Shown: one piece after another, positions 1 to 12,747 of the stretch
How the letters are laid out: the number at the start of each line of letters is the position of its first letter
How positions within the stretch are numbered: position 1 is the first letter of the stretch
Source of the DNA: an uncultured Actinomycetes bacterium
Lineage (GTDB): Bacteria > Actinomycetota > UBA4738 > HRBIN12
Length of the DNA stretch: 64,000 nucleotides
Reading direction: 5' to 3'
Assembly: GCA_963758715.1 (NCBI GenBank)
Contig: CAVWWK010000004.1
Coordinates: 225,404-289,403 of the forward strand
Notes under the pieces: model-generated
What the model was told of the DNA's origin: nothing
Database searches by the model: none
What the model saw: the letters and a program-made list of their open reading frames with translations, nothing else
Made by a program: the position numbers and the translations under genes

Positions 1-1157
1 GCGCGTTCACGAACGAGACGGGCTCGTTCACGGTTCGGCCCAAGATCCCCTTGAGGATCGCAAGGGTCAGGACCCGGGTGTCCGACTCGGCGATCCGCCC
101 GAGGTAGGACGCGACGATCGAGCGGACCCCACTTTCGGCCAACCCTGCCACGAGCGCTCCCAGACGTTCGGCCAGAGGAACGAAGGGACGCACGACCTCG
201 GTGACCTCGGCGCCGGCGCTCACGTTCACGGCGTAGGGGACGAACTCTCCCATCAATGCGAGGCGCACCATCTCGGCGACGGTCGTGCCCGCCTTGTCCT
301 GCGCCTCCTTCGTCGAGGCGCCGAGATGCGGCGTGACCACCACGTTCTCGAGCCCGAACAGCGGCGAGTCCGTCGTGGGCTCGGCGGCGAACACGTCGAT
401 GGCCGCCCCGCCGAGGTGACCTCCCTCGATCGCCTTGGCGAGCGCATCCTCGTCCACGATCCCCCCGCGCGCGGTGTTGATCAGGCGGGCCCCCTCCTTC
501 ATGAGGCCGAGCTCGTGCCCCCCGATCAGGCCCTCTGTCTCGGGCGTGCGTGGCAGGTGGATCGAGACGAAGTCAGCCTGCACCAGGAGCGCCTCGAGCG
601 AAGGCATCGCGTCGACCCCCATCTCCTTGGCGCGCTCGGCGCTGACGTAGGGATCGTAGGCGATCACCCGCATCCCGAACCCCGCCGCGCGTTGTGGCGA
701 CGAGTGGCCCCACGCGGCCCAGGCCCACCAGCCCGATCGTCTTGCCGGCGAGCTCGACGCCCTCCCATCGCGAACGCTCCCACGAGCCCTGCTTCAGCGC
801 GGCGCTCGCCTGGGCGGTGTTCCGAGCCTGCGACAGGAGCAGGGCCATCGCCTGCTCGGCGGCGCTGATGATGTTGGACTGGGGCGCGTTCACCACCATG
901 ACCCCTCGGCGCGTGGCGGCGTCGACGTCGATGTTGTCCAGGCCGATGCCGGCGCGCGCGATCACCTTCAGGTTGGTGGCCGCCGCGAGGACCCGGTCGG
1001 TCACCTGGGTGGCGCTGCGGATGATGAGCGCATCGTAGGGTTCGATCTCGCCCACGAGGTCGCCGCCCGCCAGATCGGTTCTCACGTCGACCTGGAAGTC
1101 CCTGCGCAAGAGCTCCAGGCCCGGTTCGGACAGCTGCTCGGTGACCAGCACCCTCAT
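1..1157 (-). CDS. serA: D-3-phosphoglycerate dehydrogenase SerA. The C-terminus runs past the window start, and there is one frameshift near 695-700.
   Basis: N-terminal 2-Hacid dehydrogenase motifs (GKTIGLVGLGRVG). After about 700 the conserved continuation (QRAAGFGMRVIAYDPYVSAERAKE...HLPRTPETEGLI...ARGGIVDEDAL...PHLGASTKEAQ) is in the -1 frame down to position 1. Confidence 0.85.
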
Positions 1158-1181
1158 CGCGGGCGCCTCACGAGACCGTCC

Positions 1182-2342
1182 TCACGAAGATCGCGACTCC
1201 ATGAACACGCTCTCGGCGGCGGCGACCGCCGCGCCCCGCTTCACGGGATGGCCGAGCTTCTCCAGCGTCATCTCGAGCGCGGCGAGCCCCCGGATGATGT
1301 CGAGCTCGCTGAAGTACCCGAAGTGCCCGATACGGAAGACCTTGCCCTTCAGCGGGCCTTGCCCGGGGGCCAGGACACAGCCGAACTCGGCGCGGATCGT
1401 GTCGCTGATCGTGTCGGCGTCGGCGCTCTCGGGCGCACGGATCGCCGTGACCGTCCAGTTGTCCTCGAGCCCCTCGCCGAACAGGTCCAGCCCGAGGGCT
1501 TTCACGCCTTCCTTCACGGCGCGAGACAACATGTGGTGACGCTCCATCGCGGCGTCGACGCCGTCCTGGAAGTACAGGTCCAGCGCCGCCTGCAACCCCT
1601 GCATGACGCTGATCGCCGGGGTCCACGGGTTCTCGGGATGGGGCAGGTCGGCGAAGGTCTTGTAGGTGGCCCAGTCGAAGTAGAAGCGTGGGTTCGTGGC
1701 GCTGCGAGAAGCCTCCCACGCGCGTTCGCTGATGGCGACGAACGCGATGCCGGGGCTGGCGGACAGGGCCTTCTGGCTCCCGCTCACGGCGACGTCGATC
1801 CCCCACGCGTCGAACTCGAACGGCACCGCACCCAGCGAGGACACGGCATCGACGAACACCATCGCGCCTGCCTCGTTCGCGACCCGGGCCAGCTCCTCGA
1901 TCGGTTGGATCACGCCCGTCGAGGTCTCGGACTGCGTGAGCAGCACGGCCTTCACCGGATGCTCGGCCAGCGCGGCGGAAACCTCGTCCGGACGGATCCT
2001 GGCGCCCCACTCGTACTCGATCGAGCGAACGGTCAGCCCGTAGGCCTCGGCCAGCTTGTGGAACCGCTCGGAGAAGAAGCCGGCGAGCGGCACGAACACC
2101 TCGTCGCCGGGCGAGAAGCAGTTGGAGATCGCGGACTCCAGGCCTCCCGTGCCACTCGAGGTCATGAGCAGCACGTCGGCCGACTCGGTCTTGTAGAGCT
2201 CCTTCAGGCGCGTGGTGACGCTGCGCATGATGTTCCCGAACCCAGGGCCCCGGTGGTAGACGAGGGGACTGCCCTGGGCAAGGAGGACCTCGGGCGGGAT
2301 CGGCGTGGGTCCGGGGGCCAGGATGATCTCGGGCCTGTCCAC
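1182..2342 (-). CDS. Class V (AGXT-family) aminotransferase, a probable phosphoserine aminotransferase.
   Basis: 386 aa. PLP-fold motifs (LMTSSGTGGLE, SGSQKALSASPG). It ends 24 nt upstream of serA, and serC-serA coupling is typical. Confidence 0.8.
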   Translation of the reverse strand: MDRPEIILAPGPTPIPPEVLLAQGSPLVYHRGPGFGNIMRSVTTRLKELYKTESADVLLMTSSGTGGLESAISNCFSPGDEVFVPLAGFFSERFHKLAEAYGLTVRSIEYEWGARIRPDEVSAALAEHPVKAVLLTQSETSTGVIQPIEELARVANEAGAMVFVDAVSSLGAVPFEFDAWGIDVAVSGSQKALSASPGIAFVAISERAWEASRSATNPRFYFDWATYKTFADLPHPENPWTPAISVMQGLQAALDLYFQDGVDAAMERHHMLSRAVKEGVKALGLDLFGEGLEDNWTVTAIRAPESADADTISDTIRAEFGCVLAPGQGPLKGKVFRIGHFGYFSELDIIRGLAALEMTLEKLGHPVKRGAAVAAAESVFMESRSS

Positions 2343-2420
2343 TGTGCGATCACTCCTCGAGCGGTGTCGGAGAGGTCAGCGTATCAAGGCCCTCGCCGCG
2401 GGAAGGAGCCGCGGCCACCG

Positions 2421-2669
2421 TCAGAAGCGCAGCGCCTTCCAGACATCGTCGCCGCGATCCCTGAACGCCTCCGGATCGACATCGATCGACGGCGTCCCCC
2501 CGCCTCGCGCGCGTCCGATGATCCGATCGAGCACGCTCTCCCCGACGCGAGCGCGTCGCACCGCCGTCGCCATCCGGTCGCGGCGCGTCTCACGGATACG
2601 GCGCTGCAGGGCCAGGTCGCAGACGGGGTGGCCGATCGCGAGGTTGCCCGGATGCATCGGGTTCAGTCC
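2421..2669 (-). CDS. Hypothetical small basic protein of 82 aa (MHPGNLAIGHPVCDLALQRRIRETRRDRMATAV...).
   Basis: ATG 4 nt after the ferredoxin-reductase stop, in the tail of a long spurious ORF. No recognisable family, so this is a weak call. Confidence 0.25.
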   Translation of the reverse strand, partial: GLNPMHPGNLAIGHPVCDLALQRRIRETRRDRMATAVRRARVGESVLDRIIGRARGGGTPSIDVDPEAFRDRGDDVWKALRF

Positions 2670-3898
2670 TCCTTCGCAGGAACCAGCGTGCGCAGGTCGA
2701 CGTCGGGGTCCGCAAGCAGGTCGGGGTCGGGGGCGACGTGGGCCGACAGCAGCTTCAGCGATCGCCGGACGTCGCGTTTCCAGTCCAGGCTCACGGTGGA
2801 GATCAGGACGCCGTCGGGGTCGAGCAGGAACGCGCAGAACGAGCGATCCTCGATCGAGCCTCGCACCACCATCCGCTCCCACGTGGGCGCGAACCCTCCC
2901 ATCTGGATCTGGGAGTCGTACTGATCCGACCAGAACCAGTGGGGATCGGCGAACACCTCCCCGGCGTCGAGCATGTTGCGCGCCACGGTTTCGCCCATCT
3001 TGATCGCGTTGTCGTAGTGCTCGACGCGGATCGGCCCGAACACCGGATGGTCGTGGCGGGCCACGTCGCCCGCCGCGAACAGGCCGGGCACGTTCGTCTC
3101 CAGCGTGGGACCCACGGGGATGCCGCCCCCTTGGTCCAGGCCCGTGCCGGCCATGATCTCGACGCACGGCTCGGTGCCGATCCCGACGACGGCGACGTCC
3201 GCCTCGATCCGCTTGCCGCCGCCGGTGACGACGGCCTCGAGCTTTCCGTCGCCCTCGAAGCTGGCCACCGCCTCGTTGAAATGCATCGTCACCCCGTGGT
3301 CCCGGTGCAGGCCCTCGAGCGCCCTTCCGATGTCGGGCCCCAGGATCCGGTACAACGTGGTCTCGAACACCTCCACGACGGTGACGTCGGCGCCGACCTG
3401 ACACAGCGAGGCCGCCACCTCCGCACCGATGAACCCCATGCCCACGCACACCACGTGCGCGCCGCTCCCCACCGCCTCCCGGATCCGGCCCGAGTCGCCG
3501 GCGTCGCGCAGATCGAACACGCCGTGCAGGTCGGTCCCGGGCGCGTCGAGCGAGCGGTTCCGGCTTCCCGTCGCGATCAGGAGCCGGTCGAATCCCACCC
3601 GTTCGCCCCCGGCGAGCACGACCCCGCGTCCTCGGACGTCGATCTGCACGGCCCTGGCCCCGAAGCGGGCATCGATCTCCTGATCGGCGTACCACTGGGG
3701 AGGGCGCACGTACGCCTCTTCCAGCGGTTGCTCGCCACGCAGGTACTCCTTGGAAAGAGGCGGGCGCTCGTACGGGGGCAGCGACTCGGCGCCGATCAGC
3801 ACGACCGAGCCGTCGAAGCCCTCCTGGCGGAGGGTAGCGGCGGCGGTCGCCCCGGTGAGCGACGCGCCCACGATGACGAAGGTGCGATCGGTGGTCAC
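2663..3898 (-). CDS. FAD/NAD(P)-dependent ferredoxin reductase (pyridine nucleotide-disulfide oxidoreductase).
   Basis: 411 aa. Two Rossmann dinucleotide motifs (IVGASLTGATAA, VVCVGMGFIGAEVA). Resembles putidaredoxin/rubredoxin reductases. Confidence 0.85.
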   Translation of the reverse strand: MTTDRTFVIVGASLTGATAAATLRQEGFDGSVVLIGAESLPPYERPPLSKEYLRGEQPLEEAYVRPPQWYADQEIDARFGARAVQIDVRGRGVVLAGGERVGFDRLLIATGSRNRSLDAPGTDLHGVFDLRDAGDSGRIREAVGSGAHVVCVGMGFIGAEVAASLCQVGADVTVVEVFETTLYRILGPDIGRALEGLHRDHGVTMHFNEAVASFEGDGKLEAVVTGGGKRIEADVAVVGIGTEPCVEIMAGTGLDQGGGIPVGPTLETNVPGLFAAGDVARHDHPVFGPIRVEHYDNAIKMGETVARNMLDAGEVFADPHWFWSDQYDSQIQMGGFAPTWERMVVRGSIEDRSFCAFLLDPDGVLISTVSLDWKRDVRRSLKLLSAHVAPDPDLLADPDVDLRTLVPAKED

Positions 3899-3905
3899 GG
3901 GCGCG

Positions 3906-4247
3906 TCAGGCTTCGACCTTCAGCTCGCCGCCCTCGTCGCTGACGTTGAAGGTGGCGATCGGCTCGGTCGCCGGCCCCTCCATCACCTCGCCGGTTCCCA
4001 TGTCGAACACGCTGCCGTGACATTCGCATTCGATGGTCGAGCCGTCGATCTCGCCGCCGTTGGCCAGGTTGCACTGCCGGTGCGTGCAGATGTCGCTGAA
4101 CGCGTACAGCGTGCCGCCCGACCGCGCCACCGCGATCTCCGCGCCCCCGACGGCGAAGGCCGTCGCCTCACCCTCGGGGATGTCGTCCGTCTTGCCGACC
4201 GTGACCCACTCCCCCACGCGAACCTCCTCGTGCCGGCCGGGCCTCAT
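3906..4247 (-). CDS. Rieske [2Fe-2S] ferredoxin.
   Basis: 113 aa. CTHRQC...CECHGSVF (CxH-x15-17-CxxH). Sits immediately upstream of the reductase. Confidence 0.85.
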   Translation of the reverse strand: MRPGRHEEVRVGEWVTVGKTDDIPEGEATAFAVGGAEIAVARSGGTLYAFSDICTHRQCNLANGGEIDGSTIECECHGSVFDMGTGEVMEGPATEPIATFNVSDEGGELKVEA

Positions 4248-4299
4248 GGGATCCCGGCGTCATCCGTCCGGCCAGCTTACGCCGGAAGCGCTCCAGGTC

Positions 4300-5571
4300 T
4301 CACGGGTCGAGTCCGCGGTTCCGCTGATGAGCCCGCGCTCGCGCCACCGACCAGATGGCGAGCACGCCGTAGAAGGCGGCCAGCACCAGGATCCCCTGGC
4401 GGAAGTCGATCGGCAGGATCGCGGGCAGGAGAGCCCCGCCGACCCACGCCAGCTGGAAGAGGACCTCATAGCGCACGAACACCCGGCCTTGCGCCCCCGG
4501 CGGCGCATGCCGCTGCATCAGGCTCTGGAACGCGAGACGTCCGAACTCGGTGGTCGCTCCCGCCACCAGCGCGTAGATCGTCAGGAGCGGCAGACCGAAG
4601 ATCTCGAACGCCAGCAAGGCGCCGATGCAGGCGGCGCTGACGCACGCGATCACGACGGCCTCCTCGCGGGTCGTCGTGGGCACCCGGGGCGCCACAACGT
4701 CGGCGAGGAACGTGCCCACCAGCCCGCCCGCGGCGAGGACAGCGAACCAGTAGGCGGGGGCGTCGTCCAGCCGCAGCGAGAAGGCCAGCAGGAAGAGCAG
4801 GAAGCCGCTCGCGGCTCGCAGGCCCACCGCGCCGACGGCGGGCGCTGCGAGGTCCGGGATGTGGCCGCGCGGCCCTACCGGCGCGGGGGGGGTCCCCCTC
4901 GTGCGCGGGTGCGGGAGCCGGAGGTTGAGCGCCGCGGAGATCGCGTACACCGCCGCGGCCAGGTAGATCGGTCCGGCGGATCCCCACGCCTTGAGCGCGG
5001 CGAACCCCAGCGGTGCCGCGACGACGGCGCCGACCGCGGCGAGGCGCCCGAGCCGCGCGTTCGCGCGCATCAGGCCCTCCTCGTGCGAGGCGTAGGCCAT
5101 CGTCAGCCCGTTCTTCGTGATGACGTGGATCTTGGACAGCACGAGCAGGACCAGCGCGGCGGGGAAGAGCAGCAGGGTCCCGAACCGGGGCGCCGCGTAG
5201 ATCGCCACCGCGGCCCGCCCGGCGGCGGCGGCGAACGAGATCGCGCGCCGGGGCCCTGCCCGATCGAGCAACGGCACGAGCAACGGCCCGGCGAGCGCCA
5301 ACGGAAGCATCGTGATCGCGAGGTACGCGGCGACTTTCAGCTTCGCCTCGCCCACCGGCAGCGAGAAGAACACCGAGTCGGCCAGCGCCACCGCCAGCAT
5401 CGCGTCGCCTGCGACCGACGTGAAATGGCAGAGCGCGTACGTGTCGAGGGGGTCGTTCGAGCGCCACATGCGCTGGAACGGGTGGATCGCGCCGCGCACG
5501 GCGCTCGACGTGCCGTAGACCACGAGTTGCCAGAACGGCACCCGATGCGGCCGTCCCGGCGAGGCGCGCAC
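4300..5571 (-). CDS. MFS transporter (start uncertain).
   Basis: About 12 hydrophobic segments, G/A/L-rich. The long ORF start is probably too far upstream (for example MWRSND at about 5469). Confidence 0.6.
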   Translation of the reverse strand: MRASPGRPHRVPFWQLVVYGTSSAVRGAIHPFQRMWRSNDPLDTYALCHFTSVAGDAMLAVALADSVFFSLPVGEAKLKVAAYLAITMLPLALAGPLLVPLLDRAGPRRAISFAAAAGRAAVAIYAAPRFGTLLLFPAALVLLVLSKIHVITKNGLTMAYASHEEGLMRANARLGRLAAVGAVVAAPLGFAALKAWGSAGPIYLAAAVYAISAALNLRLPHPRTRGTPPAPVGPRGHIPDLAAPAVGAVGLRAASGFLLFLLAFSLRLDDAPAYWFAVLAAGGLVGTFLADVVAPRVPTTTREEAVVIACVSAACIGALLAFEIFGLPLLTIYALVAGATTEFGRLAFQSLMQRHAPPGAQGRVFVRYEVLFQLAWVGGALLPAILPIDFRQGILVLAAFYGVLAIWSVARARAHQRNRGLDP

Positions 5572-5584
5572 CGGCGGCGTCCGC

Positions 5585-7039
5585 CTAGTCCGAGAGCCGC
5601 TCGCGCAGGACCTCCTGCGCGAGCTTGGGGTTGGCCGAGCCGCCGGACCTCTTCATGACCTGCCCCACCAGGAACCCGATCACGCCCTCCTTGCCACCGC
5701 GGAACTGCGCGACGGCATCGGGGTTCTCGGCGATCACCTCGTCGGCGATCGACCCCAGCGCGCCGGTGTCCGAGACCTGGGTCAGGCCCTTCCGCTCGAC
5801 GATGTCGGCGATGGCCTCGCCGGACGCGACCGCCTCTTCCAGCGCCTGCTTCGCCCCCGCCCCGCTCACGGTGTCGCCGGCGACCAGATCGATGAGATCG
5901 GCGAGGTGCCGAGCGGTGACGGGCGAGGCCGCCGGGTCGATCCCCCGCTTGTTGAGGAGCCCCGCCAGGTCCTGGGTGATCCAGTTGGCGGCCGCCTTCG
6001 GGTCGGCGCCGAGGGCCACCGTCTCGTCGAAGAGGCTCGCGGCGGACCGCTCGGCGACCAGCACGCGAGCGACATCGGGCTTGAGCCCGTACGTCTCCTC
6101 GTAGCGCTCGCGCCGCGCCCGGGGCAGCTCGGGCAGGCCCGCGCGGATCTCGGCGATCCACGCGGCGCCGGGCTCCAGCCCGGGGATGTCGGGCTCCGGG
6201 AAGTAGCGGTAGTCGAAGGCTTCCTCCTTGGAACGCATCGACTTCGTGGAGCCTGAGTCCTCGTCCCAGTGGCGCGTCTCCTGCGCGATCGGCTCCCCCG
6301 CCTCCAACGCCTTGGTCTGGCGCTCGATCTCGTGGTGGAGCGCACGCTCGAGCGAGCGGATCGAGTTCATGTTCTTGATCTCGACCTTCGTGCCGAGCTG
6401 CGTCGAGCCCGGGGGCCGCAGCGAGACGTTGGCGTCGCACCGCAGCGACCCCTCCTCCATGCGGACGTCGCTGACGTCGAGGGACTCGAGCGTCGCGCGC
6501 AGCTCACGCAGGTACGCGCCGGCCTCCTCGGGAGAGCGCATGTCGGGCTCACTCACGCATTCCACGAGCGGCACACCCGCCCGGTTGAAGTCGATCAAGG
6601 CGGCATCGGCGTCGTGGATACGGCCCGTTGCGCCCGCATGCTGGGTCTTCCCGGTGTCCTCCTCCATGTGGACCCGCGTGATGCCCACCCGGCTCGTGGA
6701 TCCGTCGGGAAGGTCGACATCGAGCTGACCTCCCACGCAGATCGGCAGGTCGTACTGGCTGATCTGGTAGTTCTTCGGCATGTCCGGATAGAAGTAGTTC
6801 TTCCGGTGGAAGAGCGAGTGCGGCGCGATCTCGCTCCCGAGCGCCAGGCCGATCAGGATGATGCGCCTGATCGCCTCGCGGTTGGGAACCGGAAGGGAAC
6901 CGGGGTGGCCCAGACACACCGGGCACACGTTGGTGTTGGGCGGCGCGCCGAACTCCACTCGGCACCCGCAGAACATCTTGGTGCGCGTGTCGAGCTCGAC
7001 GTGACACTCGAGCCCGATGACGGCCTCGTACTCGGTCAT
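5585..7039 (-). CDS. gatB: Asp-tRNA(Asn)/Glu-tRNA(Gln) amidotransferase subunit B.
   Basis: 484 aa with full-length GatB motifs (GLECHVELDT...CGC, YFYPDMPKNYQISQYD, KNMNSIRS...). Confidence 0.95.
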   Translation of the reverse strand: MTEYEAVIGLECHVELDTRTKMFCGCRVEFGAPPNTNVCPVCLGHPGSLPVPNREAIRRIILIGLALGSEIAPHSLFHRKNYFYPDMPKNYQISQYDLPICVGGQLDVDLPDGSTSRVGITRVHMEEDTGKTQHAGATGRIHDADAALIDFNRAGVPLVECVSEPDMRSPEEAGAYLRELRATLESLDVSDVRMEEGSLRCDANVSLRPPGSTQLGTKVEIKNMNSIRSLERALHHEIERQTKALEAGEPIAQETRHWDEDSGSTKSMRSKEEAFDYRYFPEPDIPGLEPGAAWIAEIRAGLPELPRARRERYEETYGLKPDVARVLVAERSAASLFDETVALGADPKAAANWITQDLAGLLNKRGIDPAASPVTARHLADLIDLVAGDTVSGAGAKQALEEAVASGEAIADIVERKGLTQVSDTGALGSIADEVIAENPDAVAQFRGGKEGVIGFLVGQVMKRSGGSANPKLAQEVLRERLSD

Positions 7040-7094
7040 GAGGCGCCTAGCCTACCGGGAGCCCTTCGGGGAGGCCTCTGTCGCCGGAACGTCT

Positions 7095-7146
7095 TCGGAA
7101 CCCTCGCTCGGAACCCTCGATCGGAACCTTCGATCGGACCCTTCGC
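7095..7146. repeat. Four tandem copies of a 13-bp unit TCGGAACC(C/T)TCG(C/A).
   Basis: tcggaaccctcgc / tcggaaccctcga / tcggaaccttcga / tcggacccttcgc read directly in the gatB-eamA divergent intergenic region, ending about 25 nt before the EamA start. Confidence 0.8.
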
Positions 7147-7170
7147 TGGGAGCTCCTTTCGTATCATCGG

Positions 7171-8256
7171 ATGATGTCCGCCTCCTCCGCCGTCGACGCC
7201 GCGCGCGCCGAGGCCGGACCGTCCCGGGGCTTCTCATGGGCGGCGCTCGGCACGCTCTACATCGTCTGGGGCACGACCTACCTGGGCATCGCGAAGGTCA
7301 ACGGCTCGATCCCGCCGCTGGTGGGCGCCGCCGCGCGGTTCCTGGTTGCGGGCAGCCTTCTGTACGCGTTCCGCCGGTGGCGCACGGGCATCAGGCCCAC
7401 CGCCCGGCAGTGGCGGAGCACAGCGATCATCGGCATCTTCCTGGTGTTCGGGGGCAACGCGCTCGTCGCGATCAGCGAGGAGACGGTGCCCACCGGCATC
7501 GTGGCCCTGATCATCGCCCTAGTGCCGATCTGGCTCGCGTTGATCGACCGCGTGGTGCTCCGGAGCTCACCGCCGAGCTGGCGCACCGTCGTCGGGTTGA
7601 TCGCCGGATTCGGAGGCGCCGTCCTCCTGGTGGGGGGCTCGGCGGCGGGAGACATCGACCTCGTCGGCATGCTGGTCGCGGTGACCGCCTCGCTGGCGTG
7701 GGCAAGCGGGTCGATGTACGCCCGTGGGGCATCGCTACCCGACGACGCGCTGATGGCGAGCGGCATGCAGCAGTTGATGGGCAGCCTGGTGATCGCGAGC
7801 ATCGCCTTGGTGAGCGGCCAGTTCGGTGGTTTCAGCGTGGACCAGGTGACGCGGTCGTCGTGGCTCGGATTGCTCTACCTCATCGTCGTCGGGTCGTTCG
7901 TCGGCTTCAGCTGCTACCTGTGGCTCCTGCGCAACGTGCGCACGTCGCTGGTCTCGACGTACGCGTATGTGAACCCGGTGGTCGCGGTGACGCTGGGGAT
8001 CGTGGTGCTGAACGAGACGCTGACGCTGCGGATGGTCCTCGCGGGATCGGTGATCCTGGCGAGCGTGGCGTTGATCGTGACCTCCGGCGGCATGCACCGC
8101 ACCGACAGGCACGCCGGCCCGGCGTCAGAACCCGGCGACGAGCGGTGGTCGGAGGTCGAGGCCGAGCTCCCCTTCGAGGGCGGCGGCAGCGCGGAACAAC
8201 GTCTGCTCTCTCAGGACGGGGGCGGTGAGCTGCAGCCCGACCGGGAGCCCGGCTGA
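7171..8256 (+). CDS. EamA/DMT-family transporter.
   Basis: 361 aa, 10 predicted TM helices, duplicated EamA domain. Its 3' end overlaps the gatA 3' end convergently. Confidence 0.7.
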   Translation: MMSASSAVDAARAEAGPSRGFSWAALGTLYIVWGTTYLGIAKVNGSIPPLVGAAARFLVAGSLLYAFRRWRTGIRPTARQWRSTAIIGIFLVFGGNALVAISEETVPTGIVALIIALVPIWLALIDRVVLRSSPPSWRTVVGLIAGFGGAVLLVGGSAAGDIDLVGMLVAVTASLAWASGSMYARGASLPDDALMASGMQQLMGSLVIASIALVSGQFGGFSVDQVTRSSWLGLLYLIVVGSFVGFSCYLWLLRNVRTSLVSTYAYVNPVVAVTLGIVVLNETLTLRMVLAGSVILASVALIVTSGGMHRTDRHAGPASEPGDERWSEVEAELPFEGGGSAEQRLLSQDGGGELQPDREPG

Positions 8257-9600
8257 ATCCAGGCCGCACGGCACGCTGATCGCCGGCACGCCGGCGAGGT
8301 TGGCCGGGATCGTGAAGATGTCGTTCAGATACATCGCCATGGGATCGTCGACTTTGGACCCGATCGGGAATGCCGTCGTGGGCGAGGTCGGCGACACCAG
8401 GACATCGAAGTCGGAGAACGCGGCCTCGTAGTCACGGATGATGAGCGTGCGGACCTTCTGCGCCTGGCCGTAGTAGGCGTCGTAGTACCCGGCCGACAGC
8501 GCGTACGTGCCCAGCATGATCCGGCGCTTGACCTCGGCGCCGAACCCTGCGCCACGCGTTCGGAACATCATCTCGATCGAGTCGGCGCCCTCGACCCGCG
8601 ATCCGTACCGCACGCCGTCGTAGCGGGCCAGGTTGGACGAGGCCTCGCTAGGGGCGATCAGGTAGTAGGCGCTGAGCGCGTACCCGGCGTTCGGCAGCGA
8701 CGTCTCCCCGACCCGGGCGCCGAGCCCCGCGAGACGGTCGACCGCCGACCGCACCGACGCCGCGACGTCGGGCTCCACTCCTTCTCCGAACGCGTCGGCG
8801 AGCACGCCGATCCTCAGGCCTTCGACCCCCTCGGCGAGCCCCTCGCCGTAGTCGGGAACATCGACGTCCAGGCTGGTCGCGTCCCGGTGGTCCCGGCCGG
8901 CGAGCACGCCGAGCAGCGTCGCGGCATCGGTCACGCTCCGGGTGAAGGTCCCGACCGTGTCGAGCGAGGACGCGAACGCCACCAGGCCGAAGCGGCTGAT
9001 CAGCCCGTAGGTGGGCTTGAGGCCGACGACGCCGGTGAGCGAGGCGGGTTGGCGCACCGACCCTCCGGTGTCGGTTCCCAGCGCCCATACCGCGGCGCCC
9101 GCCGCGACGGCGGCGGCCGATCCCCCGCTGGATCCTCCGGGGACGCGGTCGAGGTTCCACGGGTTGTGGACGACGCCGTACGCGGAATTCTCGTTCGAGG
9201 AACCCATCGCGAACTCGTCGCAGTTGGTCTTTCCGACCAGCACGCTCCCCGCGCCCGACAGGCGCGCCCATGCCGTGCAGTCGTACGGGGGAACGTACGT
9301 CTCGAGGATCTTCGAGCCGCACGTGGTCCGGATGCCCTTCGTGGTGAGCACGTCCTTGAGCGCGGTGGGGATCCCCGCGACCCCCGATTGCGGCGCACCC
9401 GTCGCGAGGTAGGTGTCGAGCTCGCCCGCCCGCTCGCGAGCGACCTCGTGGGTGACCGACAGGAACGCGCCGAGGCGTTCGTTCACCGCGTCGAGCCGAG
9501 CCAGGCTGGAATCGGTCAGCTCGACCGCCGTGATCTCCCCCGCTCGCAGGCCCTCCGACAGCTCGCCGCCCGTACGATCGCAGAGCTCGGAGGCGGTCAC
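8125..9600 (-). CDS. gatA: Glutamyl-tRNA(Gln) amidotransferase subunit A (amidase signature).
   Basis: 491 aa. [14 protein letters not shown] amidase signature, [16 protein letters not shown]. Confidence 0.95.
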   Translation of the reverse strand: MTASELCDRTGGELSEGLRAGEITAVELTDSSLARLDAVNERLGAFLSVTHEVARERAGELDTYLATGAPQSGVAGIPTALKDVLTTKGIRTTCGSKILETYVPPYDCTAWARLSGAGSVLVGKTNCDEFAMGSSNENSAYGVVHNPWNLDRVPGGSSGGSAAAVAAGAAVWALGTDTGGSVRQPASLTGVVGLKPTYGLISRFGLVAFASSLDTVGTFTRSVTDAATLLGVLAGRDHRDATSLDVDVPDYGEGLAEGVEGLRIGVLADAFGEGVEPDVAASVRSAVDRLAGLGARVGETSLPNAGYALSAYYLIAPSEASSNLARYDGVRYGSRVEGADSIEMMFRTRGAGFGAEVKRRIMLGTYALSAGYYDAYYGQAQKVRTLIIRDYEAAFSDFDVLVSPTSPTTAFPIGSKVDDPMAMYLNDIFTIPANLAGVPAISVPCGLDSAGLPVGLQLTAPVLREQTLFRAAAALEGELGLDLRPPLVAGF

Positions 9601-9890
9601 GACCCCGTCTCCGCGATCTTCGGCACCACGAACCGGCCGTCGCCCTGCTCGGGGGCGTTGGCGAGCGCGGCCTCGTGCGGGATCGATGGTTCCGGCGTGT
9701 CCTCCCTGAACACGTTCGAACGAGGGATCGCCGAGGCCGTGGGGGGCACATCGTCTGCCGCGACCTCGCCCACCTTCGCCGCGTGCTCGAGGATCACGCC
9801 CAGCTGCGCCCTCAGCTCGTTCTTCTCTCGGTCGGTGAGCTCGAGTCGCGCGAGACGCGCGACGTGGTCGACGTCGATCTCCACCGGCAT
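9597..9890 (-). CDS. gatC: Glutamyl-tRNA(Gln) amidotransferase subunit C.
   Basis: 97 aa. [13 protein letters not shown]...FVVPK. ATGA overlap with the gatA start. Confidence 0.9.
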   Translation of the reverse strand: MPVEIDVDHVARLARLELTDREKNELRAQLGVILEHAAKVGEVAADDVPPTASAIPRSNVFREDTPEPSIPHEAALANAPEQGDGRFVVPKIAETGS

Positions 9891-9922
9891 GGCACGCAGT
9901 GTAGCCGCGGCCGCGAGACGGC

Positions 9923-12678
<2,756 letters not shown>

Positions 12679-12747
12679 CGGGTCATGGTAGTCGCACCGG
12701 AAGACGCGAACGGCCGGCGGCCGGGAGGCTTCCGACGCCTCGCCGGC

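Noticed and set aside
2421-3695. 424-aa ORF antisense to the ferredoxin reductase
   Set aside because: It is spurious R/G-rich antisense translation. Only its last 82 codons (2421-2669) lie outside the reductase gene, and those were kept as a low-confidence small ORF.
7095-7146. CRISPR array
   Set aside because: The 13-bp units are directly adjacent with no spacers, and there are no cas genes nearby. It is a simple tandem repeat or binding-site array.
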